Below are positions 9,480 through 19,305 of a stretch of DNA of 63,245 nucleotides, piece after piece. The position numbers and the translations under genes were made by a program. The notes beneath the pieces were generated by a model. That model had not been told where the DNA came from and made no database searches. It saw nothing but the letters and a program-made list of their open reading frames with translations. Numbering within the stretch: position 1 is the stretch's first letter; every line of letters begins with the position of its first letter. Source of the DNA: Nitrospiraceae bacterium (GTDB taxonomy: Bacteria; Nitrospirota; Thermodesulfovibrionia; UBA6902); assembly GCA_003599425.1 (NCBI GenBank), contig QZKC01000094.1:1-63245 (forward strand). Reading direction: 5' to 3'.

Positions 9480-10400
9480 ATGAAAAGAAAAGCGCTTATT
9501 GTTGGAGGGACCGGATTTGTAGGCCTTCACTTACAACATTGCTTACATGACAGATATAGTATTATGGCAACAGGCCGAAATGAAGATATCAGGGATGCTG
9601 CGATGATCAAAAACTTAGTAAGGAAAGCAACCCCTGATATTGTGATCAATTTGGCAGCGATCACCACGGTACGAGAGTCTTTTGAACGTCAATATGATAA
9701 TTATAATATTGGACTGTTCGGAACGTTAAACTTATTGCTGGCACTAAAAGATATAGCTTTTCAGGGACGAATGCTTCAGGTCGGTTCGAGTGAAGTATAC
9801 GGCTTTCCAGCTCCGGATCAGTTGCCCATCTCCGAATCAGAACCTTTGCGGCCTATGAGCCCTTATGCTGTAAATAAAGTTGCTATTGAAGCTCTTTGCT
9901 ATCAGTGGAGCCAGACAGAACAGTTTGAAATAGTAACGACAAGATCTTTCACGCATATAGGGCCGGGACAGAGCGATAGATTTGCAATATCAAATTTTGC
10001 CAGGCAGATAGCTGAAATAAAACAAATGAACATAGAGCCTGTTATTCATGTTGGCGATTTAAGCGCAACAAGAGACTTCACTGATGTCCGTGATATTGTC
10101 AGTGCATATGACCTGCTGCTTCAGAAAGGCAGGAATGGAGACATATATAATGTCTGTTCAAATCAGGAAGTATCTACACAGTGGATGCTGGAGAAACTAA
10201 TAGAACTATCAGGAGTAAAAGTAAAAATTATTCAGGACACAACGCGTTTAAGGACCTCTGAGCAGAGAAGAGTTTGTGGGAATAACAGAAAGCTGGTTAG
10301 AGATACCGGTTGGCAACAAATAATTTCACTCGAATCATCTCTTGCTGATATTCTGTCTTACTGGGAAAAGAACTTTGCTACATATAACGTGGAGTCTTAG
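9480..10400 (+). CDS. NAD-dependent epimerase/reductase, GDP-4-keto-6-deoxy-mannose reductase (Rmd)-like
   Basis: GGTGFVG, SSEVYG, PYAVNK, GDLSATRDFTDVRD. Confidence 0.8.
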   Translation: MKRKALIVGGTGFVGLHLQHCLHDRYSIMATGRNEDIRDAAMIKNLVRKATPDIVINLAAITTVRESFERQYDNYNIGLFGTLNLLLALKDIAFQGRMLQVGSSEVYGFPAPDQLPISESEPLRPMSPYAVNKVAIEALCYQWSQTEQFEIVTTRSFTHIGPGQSDRFAISNFARQIAEIKQMNIEPVIHVGDLSATRDFTDVRDIVSAYDLLLQKGRNGDIYNVCSNQEVSTQWMLEKLIELSGVKVKIIQDTTRLRTSEQRRVCGNNRKLVRDTGWQQIISLESSLADILSYWEKNFATYNVES

Positions 10401-10432
10401 AACAATTAACTACCTTCTACAGGAGACTTATT

Positions 10433-11698
10433 ATGCATTTGATTTATCGGAAAACATGCAGAATTTGCAATTCATCAGCTTTGACTAAAGTTATCGACCT
10501 TGGGGAACAGCATTTACAAGGTTCTTTTATTAAGGATGGCAAAGGAAATCCAGCTTTACGAAAAATATCCTTAGAGGTTGTCAGGTGCGACCCGACTGTT
10601 GATGAAAAGGCATGCGGCTTATTGCAGATGGCTGTATCAGTACCCCCGGTAGTATTATATTCGTCCTACTGGTATCGCTCCGGTACAAATCAGACCATGC
10701 ATGATCACTTGAAAGGAATTGCATCTGTTGCCACGGAGTTAGTCGGAAAAAAGAAATCTGCAGTTCTTGATATAGGGTGCAACGATGGCACCTTGTTGAG
10801 TTATTATCCTGAGGCATTTGTTAAGTATGGGGTAGACCCTTCAGATATTGCGCAGACCGTTTCAGGAGACATTACTGTTGTTCAGGATATTTTCCCGTCA
10901 ACAGAACTTAACAATCTTCTTGGAGAAACCCGTTTGGATATCATCACATCCATAGCAATGTTTTATGATCTTGAAGATCCGCTCTCATTTGTAAAGAACC
11001 TGAAATCAACTCTTGCTGATGACGGCATCTGGATCTTTGAGCAGTCTTATATGCCTTTAATGCTGAAAATGAATTCTTATGACACAATATGCCATGAACA
11101 TCTGGAATATTACAGTTTTGCGGTAATAGAAAATCTGCTGGCAAGAGCGGATATGAAGGTTTTCAGAGTAGAATTCAACGATATCAACGGCGGAAGCATT
11201 CGCTGCTACGCAACCCACAAGTCCAATTTTAAATTCAAGAGCCACGAAAATCAGCAGACACTGGAGCAGGTCCGGCAAGAGGAATTTGATCTTGAGCTTG
11301 ATACAGACAAACCGTACAAGAACTTTCAGGACCGCATTAATCTGCATAAAGAAAAATTGTCCTCGTTGCTGAAAGGCCTGAAACGTGAAGGGAAAAAGAT
11401 CCATGTTTATGGCGCTTCGACTAAAGGAAACACAATTCTGCAGTGGTGCGGCATTAACAATACAACCATTGATTTTGCCTCTGACCGGAATCCTGAAAAG
11501 GATGGTGCCAGAACCATCGGAACCAATATCCCGATCATAAGTGAAGAAAAATCAAGGGCCATGAACCCTGACTATTACCTTGTGCTTCCATGGCATTTTC
11601 GAGAAGAATTCCTGAAAAGAGAAAAGGCAATGATAGACAGGGGCACTGGCTTTATTTTCCCGCTCCCTGAAATTGATATAGTAAAAGTCAGAACATAG
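10433..11698 (+). CDS. NDP-hexose C-methyltransferase
   Basis: N-terminal CRIC zinc motif, LDIGCNDGTLL, DTICHEHLEYYS, YGASTKGNTILQ C-terminal domain. Confidence 0.88.
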   Translation: MHLIYRKTCRICNSSALTKVIDLGEQHLQGSFIKDGKGNPALRKISLEVVRCDPTVDEKACGLLQMAVSVPPVVLYSSYWYRSGTNQTMHDHLKGIASVATELVGKKKSAVLDIGCNDGTLLSYYPEAFVKYGVDPSDIAQTVSGDITVVQDIFPSTELNNLLGETRLDIITSIAMFYDLEDPLSFVKNLKSTLADDGIWIFEQSYMPLMLKMNSYDTICHEHLEYYSFAVIENLLARADMKVFRVEFNDINGGSIRCYATHKSNFKFKSHENQQTLEQVRQEEFDLELDTDKPYKNFQDRINLHKEKLSSLLKGLKREGKKIHVYGASTKGNTILQWCGINNTTIDFASDRNPEKDGARTIGTNIPIISEEKSRAMNPDYYLVLPWHFREEFLKREKAMIDRGTGFIFPLPEIDIVKVRT

Positions 11699-11701
11699 CC
11701 C

Positions 11702-12823
11702 ATGAAGATATTAGCACTTATCAGTGATGCATACGGAGGGCGAGGTGGTATCGCACTCTATAACAGAAATTTTCTCAGAGCCTTATGTGAGCATCCACAG
11801 GTGGTTCAGGTTATTGCAATCCCACGTGTCATAACCTATGATCCTGAGGAAGCACTGCCTTCCAAACTAAGATATTTGACAGAAGCAACGGGAAGCAAGC
11901 TGAATTATCTTGGCACCTGTCTGAAAGTGGCTGCAAGAGAAAGAAATATCGACCTGATCATCTGCGGTCATCTTCATTTGCTGCCTTTTGCTTTTCTGTT
12001 CAGATCTGTTTTAAAGGCACCAGTCCTCCCAATTGTTTATGGTGTTGAAGCTTGGAACCCTACCCAGCACCGGAGCGCCAATTTTTTATGCCGGAAACTG
12101 GACGCATTTATCTCCATTCGAACGTTTACAGCCCAGCAGTTCATTGAATGGGCGGGAATAGACCGTGCAAAGTATTATTATCTGCCGAACTGTATAGAAG
12201 AGTCCCGCTATGGTGTTGCCCCGAAGCGTTCTGATCTTCAGGAATGTTACGGTATCAAAAACAGAACTGTGATCATGACAGCAGGCCGGCTGGATACAGT
12301 TGATATGGAGAGGAACAAAGGGTTTGATGAGGTACTGGAAGTGCTGCCGGAATTGAGGGAAGAAATACCGGATATTGTATATCTGATAATGGGTGATGGC
12401 GATGACAGTGAAAGACTTGCCCATAAAGCCAGATTCCTCGGGGTTGAAGACATAGTGAGATTCACCGGATACATTCCTGAACGTGACAAAGCAGACCATT
12501 ACAGACTGGCTGATGTTTTCGCTATGCCGGGAAGCAACAGGCATTTTGACCGATATCCATTCAGGTTCGTATTTCTGGAGGCATTGGCCTGCGGGGTTCC
12601 TGTAGTAGGATGCCGACTTGAAGACAAATCCGAAGCTCATGACCCTTGTGCAAATCAACTGATAATCCAGGTTGATCCGAACAGCAAAGAGGATATCAAG
12701 AGGGGGATATTGAGCGCCCTCAAACAGCGTGCAGGCCACAGAACCGGGATCGAGAATTTCTACTACCCTGCTTTCAAGAGCAAGGTGCATGACATTATTA
12801 ACAACTACACCTTTACTGTCTAA
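11702..12823 (+). CDS. Glycosyltransferase family 4
   Basis: GT-B fold: TAGRL, KGFD, F(R)FVFLEALACGVPVV. Confidence 0.88.
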   Translation: MKILALISDAYGGRGGIALYNRNFLRALCEHPQVVQVIAIPRVITYDPEEALPSKLRYLTEATGSKLNYLGTCLKVAARERNIDLIICGHLHLLPFAFLFRSVLKAPVLPIVYGVEAWNPTQHRSANFLCRKLDAFISIRTFTAQQFIEWAGIDRAKYYYLPNCIEESRYGVAPKRSDLQECYGIKNRTVIMTAGRLDTVDMERNKGFDEVLEVLPELREEIPDIVYLIMGDGDDSERLAHKARFLGVEDIVRFTGYIPERDKADHYRLADVFAMPGSNRHFDRYPFRFVFLEALACGVPVVGCRLEDKSEAHDPCANQLIIQVDPNSKEDIKRGILSALKQRAGHRTGIENFYYPAFKSKVHDIINNYTFTV

Positions 12824-14040
12824 TGTTAGCAATACTTGCCACGCATCCGGTCCCCTATCAGGTTCCTGTCTGGAAAGCACTCGGCAGAGATGGAAGAGTC
12901 CCCTTTGAAGTATGGTATCTGACCCATCATGGAGTCAATGCAAGCTTCGATGGCGGATTTGGGAAGACCTTTGCATGGGACATTGATCTTCTTTCAGAAT
13001 ATAATTCAAGGTTGCTGTCGAACGGCCCCACTGTTCTTCCCGATGGTTTCATGGCATTGCGCCTTGATAAGTGCTTCAGGCAGATGCTCAGGGGAAAAAG
13101 AGTAAAAGCATTATGGATACAGGGCTGGCAGGTAAGGGCTTACTGGGAGGCTGTCTGGCAGGCCCGCGCGGAAGGCATACAGGTGTGGTTAAGGGGTGAA
13201 AGCAATGATCTGGCCCCTTCCTCTTTTATAAAAAAGTATCTCAAGAAAGTACTTCTGGGTCAGTTGTTCAGAAGGGTCGATAATTTTCTATATATCGGGA
13301 AAGCAAACAGAAGATTATATGAGAGCTATGATATTCTTCCAGAGAAACTCCATCCGGCCCCTTATTGTGCAGACAATCGTCGCTTTGCTCAGCAGGCAAA
13401 ACTGCTGCTGCCCAGACGTGCCCACATCCGAAAGACATGGAAAATCCCTGAAGAGGCCTTTTGCGTTCTGTTTGTCGGAAAGTTTATTCCCAAGAAACGT
13501 CCTCTGGACCTTGTCTCCGCTGCCCGCTCTACGTTAATAAAGAAAATGAAAGCGCCATTACATCTTGTCTTTACAGGGTCTGGAGAACTTGGAGACCAGC
13601 TCAGGGCAAACTGCAATGTTTTATTTGACGCCGAGAGTCCTGCGCCCGCTGAAAAAATTACGAACAGCAACGGGCTTCCCTCAGCATCATTTGTCGGTTT
13701 TCTGAACCAGACCGAAATATCAAAGGCATATGTTGCCGCCGACTGTATGGTGCTGCCAAGCGACCATGGCGAAACGTGGGGCCTTGTCGTCAACGAAGCA
13801 CTTGCAAGCGGATTACCGTGCGCGGTCAGTTCCCGTGTTGGCTGCGGAGAAGATGTTGTTGCTACAATGAACCCCCGCCTCAGGTTTGGTCTTGGGGATA
13901 TAGAGGGTCTCGCAAACGCACTGCTGGAGCTGAACAGTCAGCGGTATTCACGTGAAGACGCACAGGCTCAGGTTGAAAAATATAACACTGAAGCGACCGT
14001 AGACACTGTAGTAAAACTGTATCATCAGGGGAAAAAATGA
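12823..14040 (+). CDS. Glycosyltransferase family 4
   Basis: LFVGKFIPKK, ETWGLVVNEALASGLP. Confidence 0.88.
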   Translation: MLAILATHPVPYQVPVWKALGRDGRVPFEVWYLTHHGVNASFDGGFGKTFAWDIDLLSEYNSRLLSNGPTVLPDGFMALRLDKCFRQMLRGKRVKALWIQGWQVRAYWEAVWQARAEGIQVWLRGESNDLAPSSFIKKYLKKVLLGQLFRRVDNFLYIGKANRRLYESYDILPEKLHPAPYCADNRRFAQQAKLLLPRRAHIRKTWKIPEEAFCVLFVGKFIPKKRPLDLVSAARSTLIKKMKAPLHLVFTGSGELGDQLRANCNVLFDAESPAPAEKITNSNGLPSASFVGFLNQTEISKAYVAADCMVLPSDHGETWGLVVNEALASGLPCAVSSRVGCGEDVVATMNPRLRFGLGDIEGLANALLELNSQRYSREDAQAQVEKYNTEATVDTVVKLYHQGKK

Positions 14041-14780
14041 ATTTCTCAGGTATCTCAAACAAAAGCACACTTGGGAGAATGTTACGGTACCCCTTGCGCT
14101 ATCTTCCCCGCGAAATGGTAATACCTATTATGCAAGGCAGGCTTAGGGGCAAGAAATGGATTGTTGGGTCGGCCACCCACGGATGCTGGCTCGGGACGTT
14201 TGAGCATGAAAAGCAAGCCATATTTGCAGATGTTATAAAGGAAAGCAGTGTCGTATATGACATCGGAGCGAATGTAGGATTTTATACCCTTCTGGCATCG
14301 GAACTTGTTAAATCAAAAGGCTCTGTTATTGCGTTTGAGCCTTTACCGGATAACATTCATTATCTGAAAAAGCACATAGAAATGAATAAATGTCAGAATG
14401 TCAAAATCTTTGAAACCGGGGTTGCTGATTTTACCGGAGAATCTTTTTTTGCAACAAACTCATCAAGATGTGAAGGTTCAATAGCGGCTGCTGGCCCTCT
14501 AAGGGTTAATATCATTAAACTCGATGATCTCGTTGCAAGAGATGAAATTCCGGTCCCTGACTATATTAAAATTGATGTTGAAGGTGCAGAGTTAAAAGTC
14601 TTAAAAGGTGCAGAAAACATATTATCAAAAAGCAGTCCCGTCATATTCCTGGCAACCCATGGGCAGGAGATACACGCACAATGTTGCAGTTATCTTCGTT
14701 CGCTCGGTTATAACCTGAAGTCTTTCGATCAGCACGTCATTGATTCCACAGATGAAATCCTTGCATCAAAATCGTTTTAA
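14037..14780 (+). CDS. FkbM family methyltransferase
   Basis: YDIGANVG, AFEP, YIKIDVEGAE. Confidence 0.9.
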   Translation: MNFSGISNKSTLGRMLRYPLRYLPREMVIPIMQGRLRGKKWIVGSATHGCWLGTFEHEKQAIFADVIKESSVVYDIGANVGFYTLLASELVKSKGSVIAFEPLPDNIHYLKKHIEMNKCQNVKIFETGVADFTGESFFATNSSRCEGSIAAAGPLRVNIIKLDDLVARDEIPVPDYIKIDVEGAELKVLKGAENILSKSSPVIFLATHGQEIHAQCCSYLRSLGYNLKSFDQHVIDSTDEILASKSF

Positions 14781-14821
14781 ATTCTTTTTTATCAAACTTA
14801 CACTTACTACGGGGAAAAACA

Positions 14822-15871
14822 ATGCAAATTCTTTATGTCGGTGAACTGAACCCCTCTTCCAACAGTTTTATGATAATGCAAGCCATGCGTGACTCGGGAC
14901 ATGAGGTAACAGCGATAAGTACGGATATCAGTGATACATACGGGAATCAGGTGTTCCAAGCAGATTTAATAAGCAGAGTCCGTTGGAAAATCGGCTTTCC
15001 TTGCGATTACACCGGGGCAAATAAATCCGTTTTAGCAGCCGTCAGGCAAAAGAATTATGAACTGTTATGGGTAACAAAGTCCCTCATGCTGCGACCGGAT
15101 ACGCTGCTTCAGGCAAGACAGCTTCAACCATCTATGCGGATCGTTATGTATGTGAGCGACAATCTGACCGCCCGTCATCACCAGTCCTATTATCTGATGA
15201 AGTCAATTGACAAATATGATGTAATATTTTCAGCAAACCGCATAAACGGGTTGTCCAATAAACTACTACGTTTTGGGGCCAAACGGATTGTGACAATTGA
15301 TTTCTCTTACGACAAAAACCATCACCATCCTATAGCCATTTCTGAAGAGGAAAAAAAACGATTCGGCGCACAGGTTGGCTTCATAGGCACTTTTGAGCAG
15401 GACCGTGCCGACCACCTGCTTTACCTTGCCCAAAAAGACATCCCGATACGTGTTTGGGGCAACAGCTGGCCAGCATCATGGCGAAAGCGGCATCCAAATC
15501 TGAGAATTGAAGGATATGGATTGCCGGTACAGGACTATGTGAAGGTACTATGTTCAACCGACATTAATCTCGGATTTCTGCGCAAAGCCAATCATGACCA
15601 TCATACTTGCCGCAGTTTGGAAATCCCGGCCTGCGGGGCTTTTATGCTGGCAGAGAGAACAGACGATCATCTCCGCCTCTTTGTCGAAGGCAAGGAAGCA
15701 GAGTTTTTTGATACCCTGAATGAATTGGAGAAAAAAGTCAGATATTATCTGGCTCATGCAGATGAACGCAGGCAGATTGCCGCTGCGGGGCGAAAACGCT
15801 GTCTTGACTCAGGGTATAGCTTTCACGACAGGCTGCCATCCATACTGCATCGCGCCATGGAGGAAAAATAA
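14822..15871 (+). CDS. Glycosyltransferase (CgeB/Glyco_trans_1_2-like)
   Basis: GFIGTFEQDR, INLGFLRKAN, RSLEIPACGAFMLAERT. Confidence 0.82.
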   Translation: MQILYVGELNPSSNSFMIMQAMRDSGHEVTAISTDISDTYGNQVFQADLISRVRWKIGFPCDYTGANKSVLAAVRQKNYELLWVTKSLMLRPDTLLQARQLQPSMRIVMYVSDNLTARHHQSYYLMKSIDKYDVIFSANRINGLSNKLLRFGAKRIVTIDFSYDKNHHHPIAISEEEKKRFGAQVGFIGTFEQDRADHLLYLAQKDIPIRVWGNSWPASWRKRHPNLRIEGYGLPVQDYVKVLCSTDINLGFLRKANHDHHTCRSLEIPACGAFMLAERTDDHLRLFVEGKEAEFFDTLNELEKKVRYYLAHADERRQIAAAGRKRCLDSGYSFHDRLPSILHRAMEEK

Positions 15872-17019
15872 AAATTTCAATATCAGTAAACGGCCGCTTT
15901 CATATTTTCAACCTTGCACAGTATATGGCACGGTATGGTGTTTTGTCGCAATTCATTACCAGCTACCCCAAGTTCGCCGTTTCGAGATATGGCATACCCT
16001 CTGAAATAACTGTTAGTCTGCCGGGCAATGAATTTCTGCGTCGTGCATGGCAGCGCATACCCTCAAGCATGAAACCGGGATGGAACCCACAATTTTTCTT
16101 GACTGAGCGATTTGACCGGTTAGCTTCAGTTCGACTCCGTGCCGGGGCCAGTATATTCGTAGGGTTATCGGGGAGTTCACTTCAAACCTTGAGACGGGCT
16201 CAAACCTTTGGCATGACCGGTATCATCGAGCGCGGCAGCAGTCACATCCTTTATCAGCAGCATATATTGAATGAAGAAGATGCACGATGGGGTGTGATTA
16301 CCAACCAAACGCACCCCAAGGTCATAGAGAAAGAACTGCAGGAATACAGTGAAGCAAACTATATTTCCATTCCCAGCAATTTTGTAAAAAAAACTTTTAT
16401 TGCTCATGGTATATCTGATGATAAGCTCATCCATGTGCCATATGGCGTTGATCTTAAGGAATTTTATCCGGTACCCCGCGAAAGTAAAACATTCCGGGTT
16501 ATTCATTGCGGAGGGCTTTCCCTGCGTAAGGGGGTGCAGTATCTACTGGAGGCCTTTGCCGGCTTGAGGCTGCCAGATTCCGAACTATGGTTAATTGGAG
16601 GCATTACCGATGAGATCATCCCTTTCCTTAGGCGGTACAAAACAGCTAACATTATGGTTCATGGGCCTAAGCCACAATCTGATCTCAGAAAATATTATTG
16701 TCAAGCCGACATCTTCTGCCTCGCCTCTCTGGAAGAAGGCCTCGCTATGGTACAGGCACAGGCCATGGCATGTGGTCTGCCGGTCATCTGCACTGAAAAT
16801 ACGGGCGGCAGCGATATCATCACATCCGGACGTGAAGGGTTTATTCTCCCTATTAGAAATGTAAAAGCCATCCAGGAAAAGGTCCTCTGGGCATACGAAA
16901 ACCGGGAAGAGTGTAAAGCCATGGGAGAAGCTGCCCGGCTAAAGGTTTCCAGGGATTTTACGTGGGCAGACTATGCGAGGAAAATGCTTGAAGCTTATCA
17001 GAAAATTAATACTGCCTGA
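15868..17019 (+). CDS. Glycosyltransferase family 4, probable non-canonical ATA start
   Basis: In-frame IKISISVNGRFHIFNLAQY precedes the track start (15925) and looks like a GT4 first beta-strand; LEEGLAMVQAQAMACGLPVI. Confidence 0.85.
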   Translation: MKISISVNGRFHIFNLAQYMARYGVLSQFITSYPKFAVSRYGIPSEITVSLPGNEFLRRAWQRIPSSMKPGWNPQFFLTERFDRLASVRLRAGASIFVGLSGSSLQTLRRAQTFGMTGIIERGSSHILYQQHILNEEDARWGVITNQTHPKVIEKELQEYSEANYISIPSNFVKKTFIAHGISDDKLIHVPYGVDLKEFYPVPRESKTFRVIHCGGLSLRKGVQYLLEAFAGLRLPDSELWLIGGITDEIIPFLRRYKTANIMVHGPKPQSDLRKYYCQADIFCLASLEEGLAMVQAQAMACGLPVICTENTGGSDIITSGREGFILPIRNVKAIQEKVLWAYENREECKAMGEAARLKVSRDFTWADYARKMLEAYQKINTA

Positions 17020-17032
17020 AAAGGACTGAACG

Positions 17033-18472
17033 ATGTCATTAGCAAAAAAAGCGATTTCAGGAACGTTATGGATGTCCGGGATAAATTATATCGGCTATGC
17101 ACTTAATTTCGGGGTACAGCTCGTTCTCGTACGTCTGCTCGTTCCTGAGGATTTCGGTTTATTCGCCCTTGGCCTCTCAATTGCCGAGATACTGTTCATA
17201 TTTTTCAGTTTCAGCTTTTCCATGGCGGTTATCCAGATTCAGGAGGCAGAAGATTTATTTGATACAGCTTTTTATCTTTCTCTGATATCCGGGACCATCA
17301 TCGTGCTCATGGGTGGCATTCTCGGTTTTTTTCTCTCTTCATACTATCCACGGGAATCCATCGTTGCTTTTTTCATGCTCTGTGCTTTACAACCGGTACA
17401 GGGATGCACATTGATATACTCTGCATCAATGGAAAAGGAACTGCAGTTCAAAAAAAATGCTGTGGTAAGAGGATTGGCTACAAATCTGTCAGGTGTAGGG
17501 GCAATTATTCTGGCGTATTACGGGTTCGGGGTATGGAGTCTTGTTGGAAAGGAGATGATCGCAACTGTCCTAATGCTTGCCGGAATGAGAATGGTCACGA
17601 CATACCGCTTCCGCAGGAAATTCAACAAAAGCACAGCAAAAAAACTGATGAGTTTCGGATATAAGATACTCTTTTCAAGAGGACTGGAAGTCTGTTACTA
17701 CAGAATACCCTTCTTCTTTATTGGTACATTTGCCGGTACAAAAATACTTGGATTATTCAGCCAGACTTATTATCTTGCCAGTATTCCCAATGTCATGCTG
17801 ACGCCTGCAACATCCTACGTTGCTTACCCTATATACTCCAGGATCCAGAACAATACCGAACAGTTAAACAAGGCATTCTATATAACGAACTATTTTTTCA
17901 TCAGGTTTTCAATGCCGATTATGCTGGTTCTCTTTCTTTACCCAAAAGAAATTTTAAGCATTCTCTACGGAGACAAATGGCTGGAAGCATCTCAAATGCT
18001 GAGATATTTTGCGGCATATGCTGCTTTTTTGCCTCTATTTTCTAATGCCAAAACATTTGCTTACAGTTTAGGTAGGTTATTGGACGTAAGCAAAGTGTAC
18101 TCTATTAAGATTGCCGCGTTAGCAACAGGGCTGTTTGCAGCACTCAACACCGGCCATATATATGTAGGAGGATTATCATATTCTATAAGCCTTGTTTTAG
18201 GCATATTCGCAACATTTCATTATATCAGGAAAGAGAAAATCAACTTAAATTACAAACAGCTTTTTCTTGTCCCTCTCATGGTGTCCTGTGCAATTCTTTC
18301 GATGAGTCCGCTTATTATGAAACTCCCCCGCATTCCCTCGTTTTCCGGCAATAAATACACAATATTTTTTCTTGTAGTGATCTCGGTTATAGTCTTCACT
18401 GCGTTGATTGTTATTTTTGAGCTTAAAACAACTCTAAAAAATATCAGGTACATTACCGAGAAGCGAATATGA
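17033..18472 (+). CDS. wzx: Wzx flippase
   Basis: Multi-TM; LVRLLVPEDFGLFA; WSLV..E pattern typical of polysaccharide exporters. Confidence 0.9.
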   Translation: MSLAKKAISGTLWMSGINYIGYALNFGVQLVLVRLLVPEDFGLFALGLSIAEILFIFFSFSFSMAVIQIQEAEDLFDTAFYLSLISGTIIVLMGGILGFFLSSYYPRESIVAFFMLCALQPVQGCTLIYSASMEKELQFKKNAVVRGLATNLSGVGAIILAYYGFGVWSLVGKEMIATVLMLAGMRMVTTYRFRRKFNKSTAKKLMSFGYKILFSRGLEVCYYRIPFFFIGTFAGTKILGLFSQTYYLASIPNVMLTPATSYVAYPIYSRIQNNTEQLNKAFYITNYFFIRFSMPIMLVLFLYPKEILSILYGDKWLEASQMLRYFAAYAAFLPLFSNAKTFAYSLGRLLDVSKVYSIKIAALATGLFAALNTGHIYVGGLSYSISLVLGIFATFHYIRKEKINLNYKQLFLVPLMVSCAILSMSPLIMKLPRIPSFSGNKYTIFFLVVISVIVFTALIVIFELKTTLKNIRYITEKRI

Positions 18473-19284
18473 GAGGTGACGGTAATAGAGCCCAAAACGT
18501 AACTGAAGCATGGCAGAAGGCATTAAAAGACTCTGGATATGAACACCAAAAGTCCAGAAAAACAAAATATGCTGTTTTAAAGACCCCAAGACTCTGGAAG
18601 AAAATTTTCAAGCACATGTCTTTTGCGGAGAAAAGCAACCTGAGTGCATTTGAGGTCGGCTGTGGCGGTGGGAAGCACATAGCCTCGCTCAGCCTGAATG
18701 GCTGGAATTGTGTTGGTATTGATTGCTCAAGGGAGGTCCTTGAGCGCGCAAGACAATATATTGACCATATAGCCAGTATCATCGGGAAAGCGTTGCACGT
18801 TGACCTTCTTTATGGAGACATATCGCACTATACGGCCCCCCACAAGTTTGACCTTGTGTTTCAGGTAGGGGTTTTAGAGCATTTTTTAGAGGATGCTGAA
18901 AGGGCCAATGTACTCTTGAAAATGCTGAATCTTACTAAACCTGGTGGACACATTGTTTCTGTTGTGCCAAATGGAAAACACCCGTTCAGGAAAAAAATGA
19001 AAGAGTTGCATTTGGGTGGATATAATATCCCGGAGATAGATTATAATTCCAGGCTGATGTTTGATGAAATGCATCAGTGTGGATTCAAGGAGATTACTGT
19101 TCTTCCGCATAATCTTTTCAGTTATCTGCTTATGGAGTCGCATTCTTTGCCAAGAAAATTCTGGTATTATATGTGGCAAACAATTCCGACTTCAATTCTG
19201 CCACAGAAATTTGCATTTAGACATGCCGGGACATTAATTTGCATTGCTCAGAAACCTTCAAGTAACCGATATGCCATTAAATAA
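18469..19284 (+). CDS. Class I SAM-dependent methyltransferase
   Basis: FEVGCGGG, VGID, FDLV..GVLEH, KPGG. Confidence 0.85.
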   Translation: MRGDGNRAQNVTEAWQKALKDSGYEHQKSRKTKYAVLKTPRLWKKIFKHMSFAEKSNLSAFEVGCGGGKHIASLSLNGWNCVGIDCSREVLERARQYIDHIASIIGKALHVDLLYGDISHYTAPHKFDLVFQVGVLEHFLEDAERANVLLKMLNLTKPGGHIVSVVPNGKHPFRKKMKELHLGGYNIPEIDYNSRLMFDEMHQCGFKEITVLPHNLFSYLLMESHSLPRKFWYYMWQTIPTSILPQKFAFRHAGTLICIAQKPSSNRYAIK

Positions 19285-19305
19285 CTTAAGCCTTAAGACA
19301 GCGCT

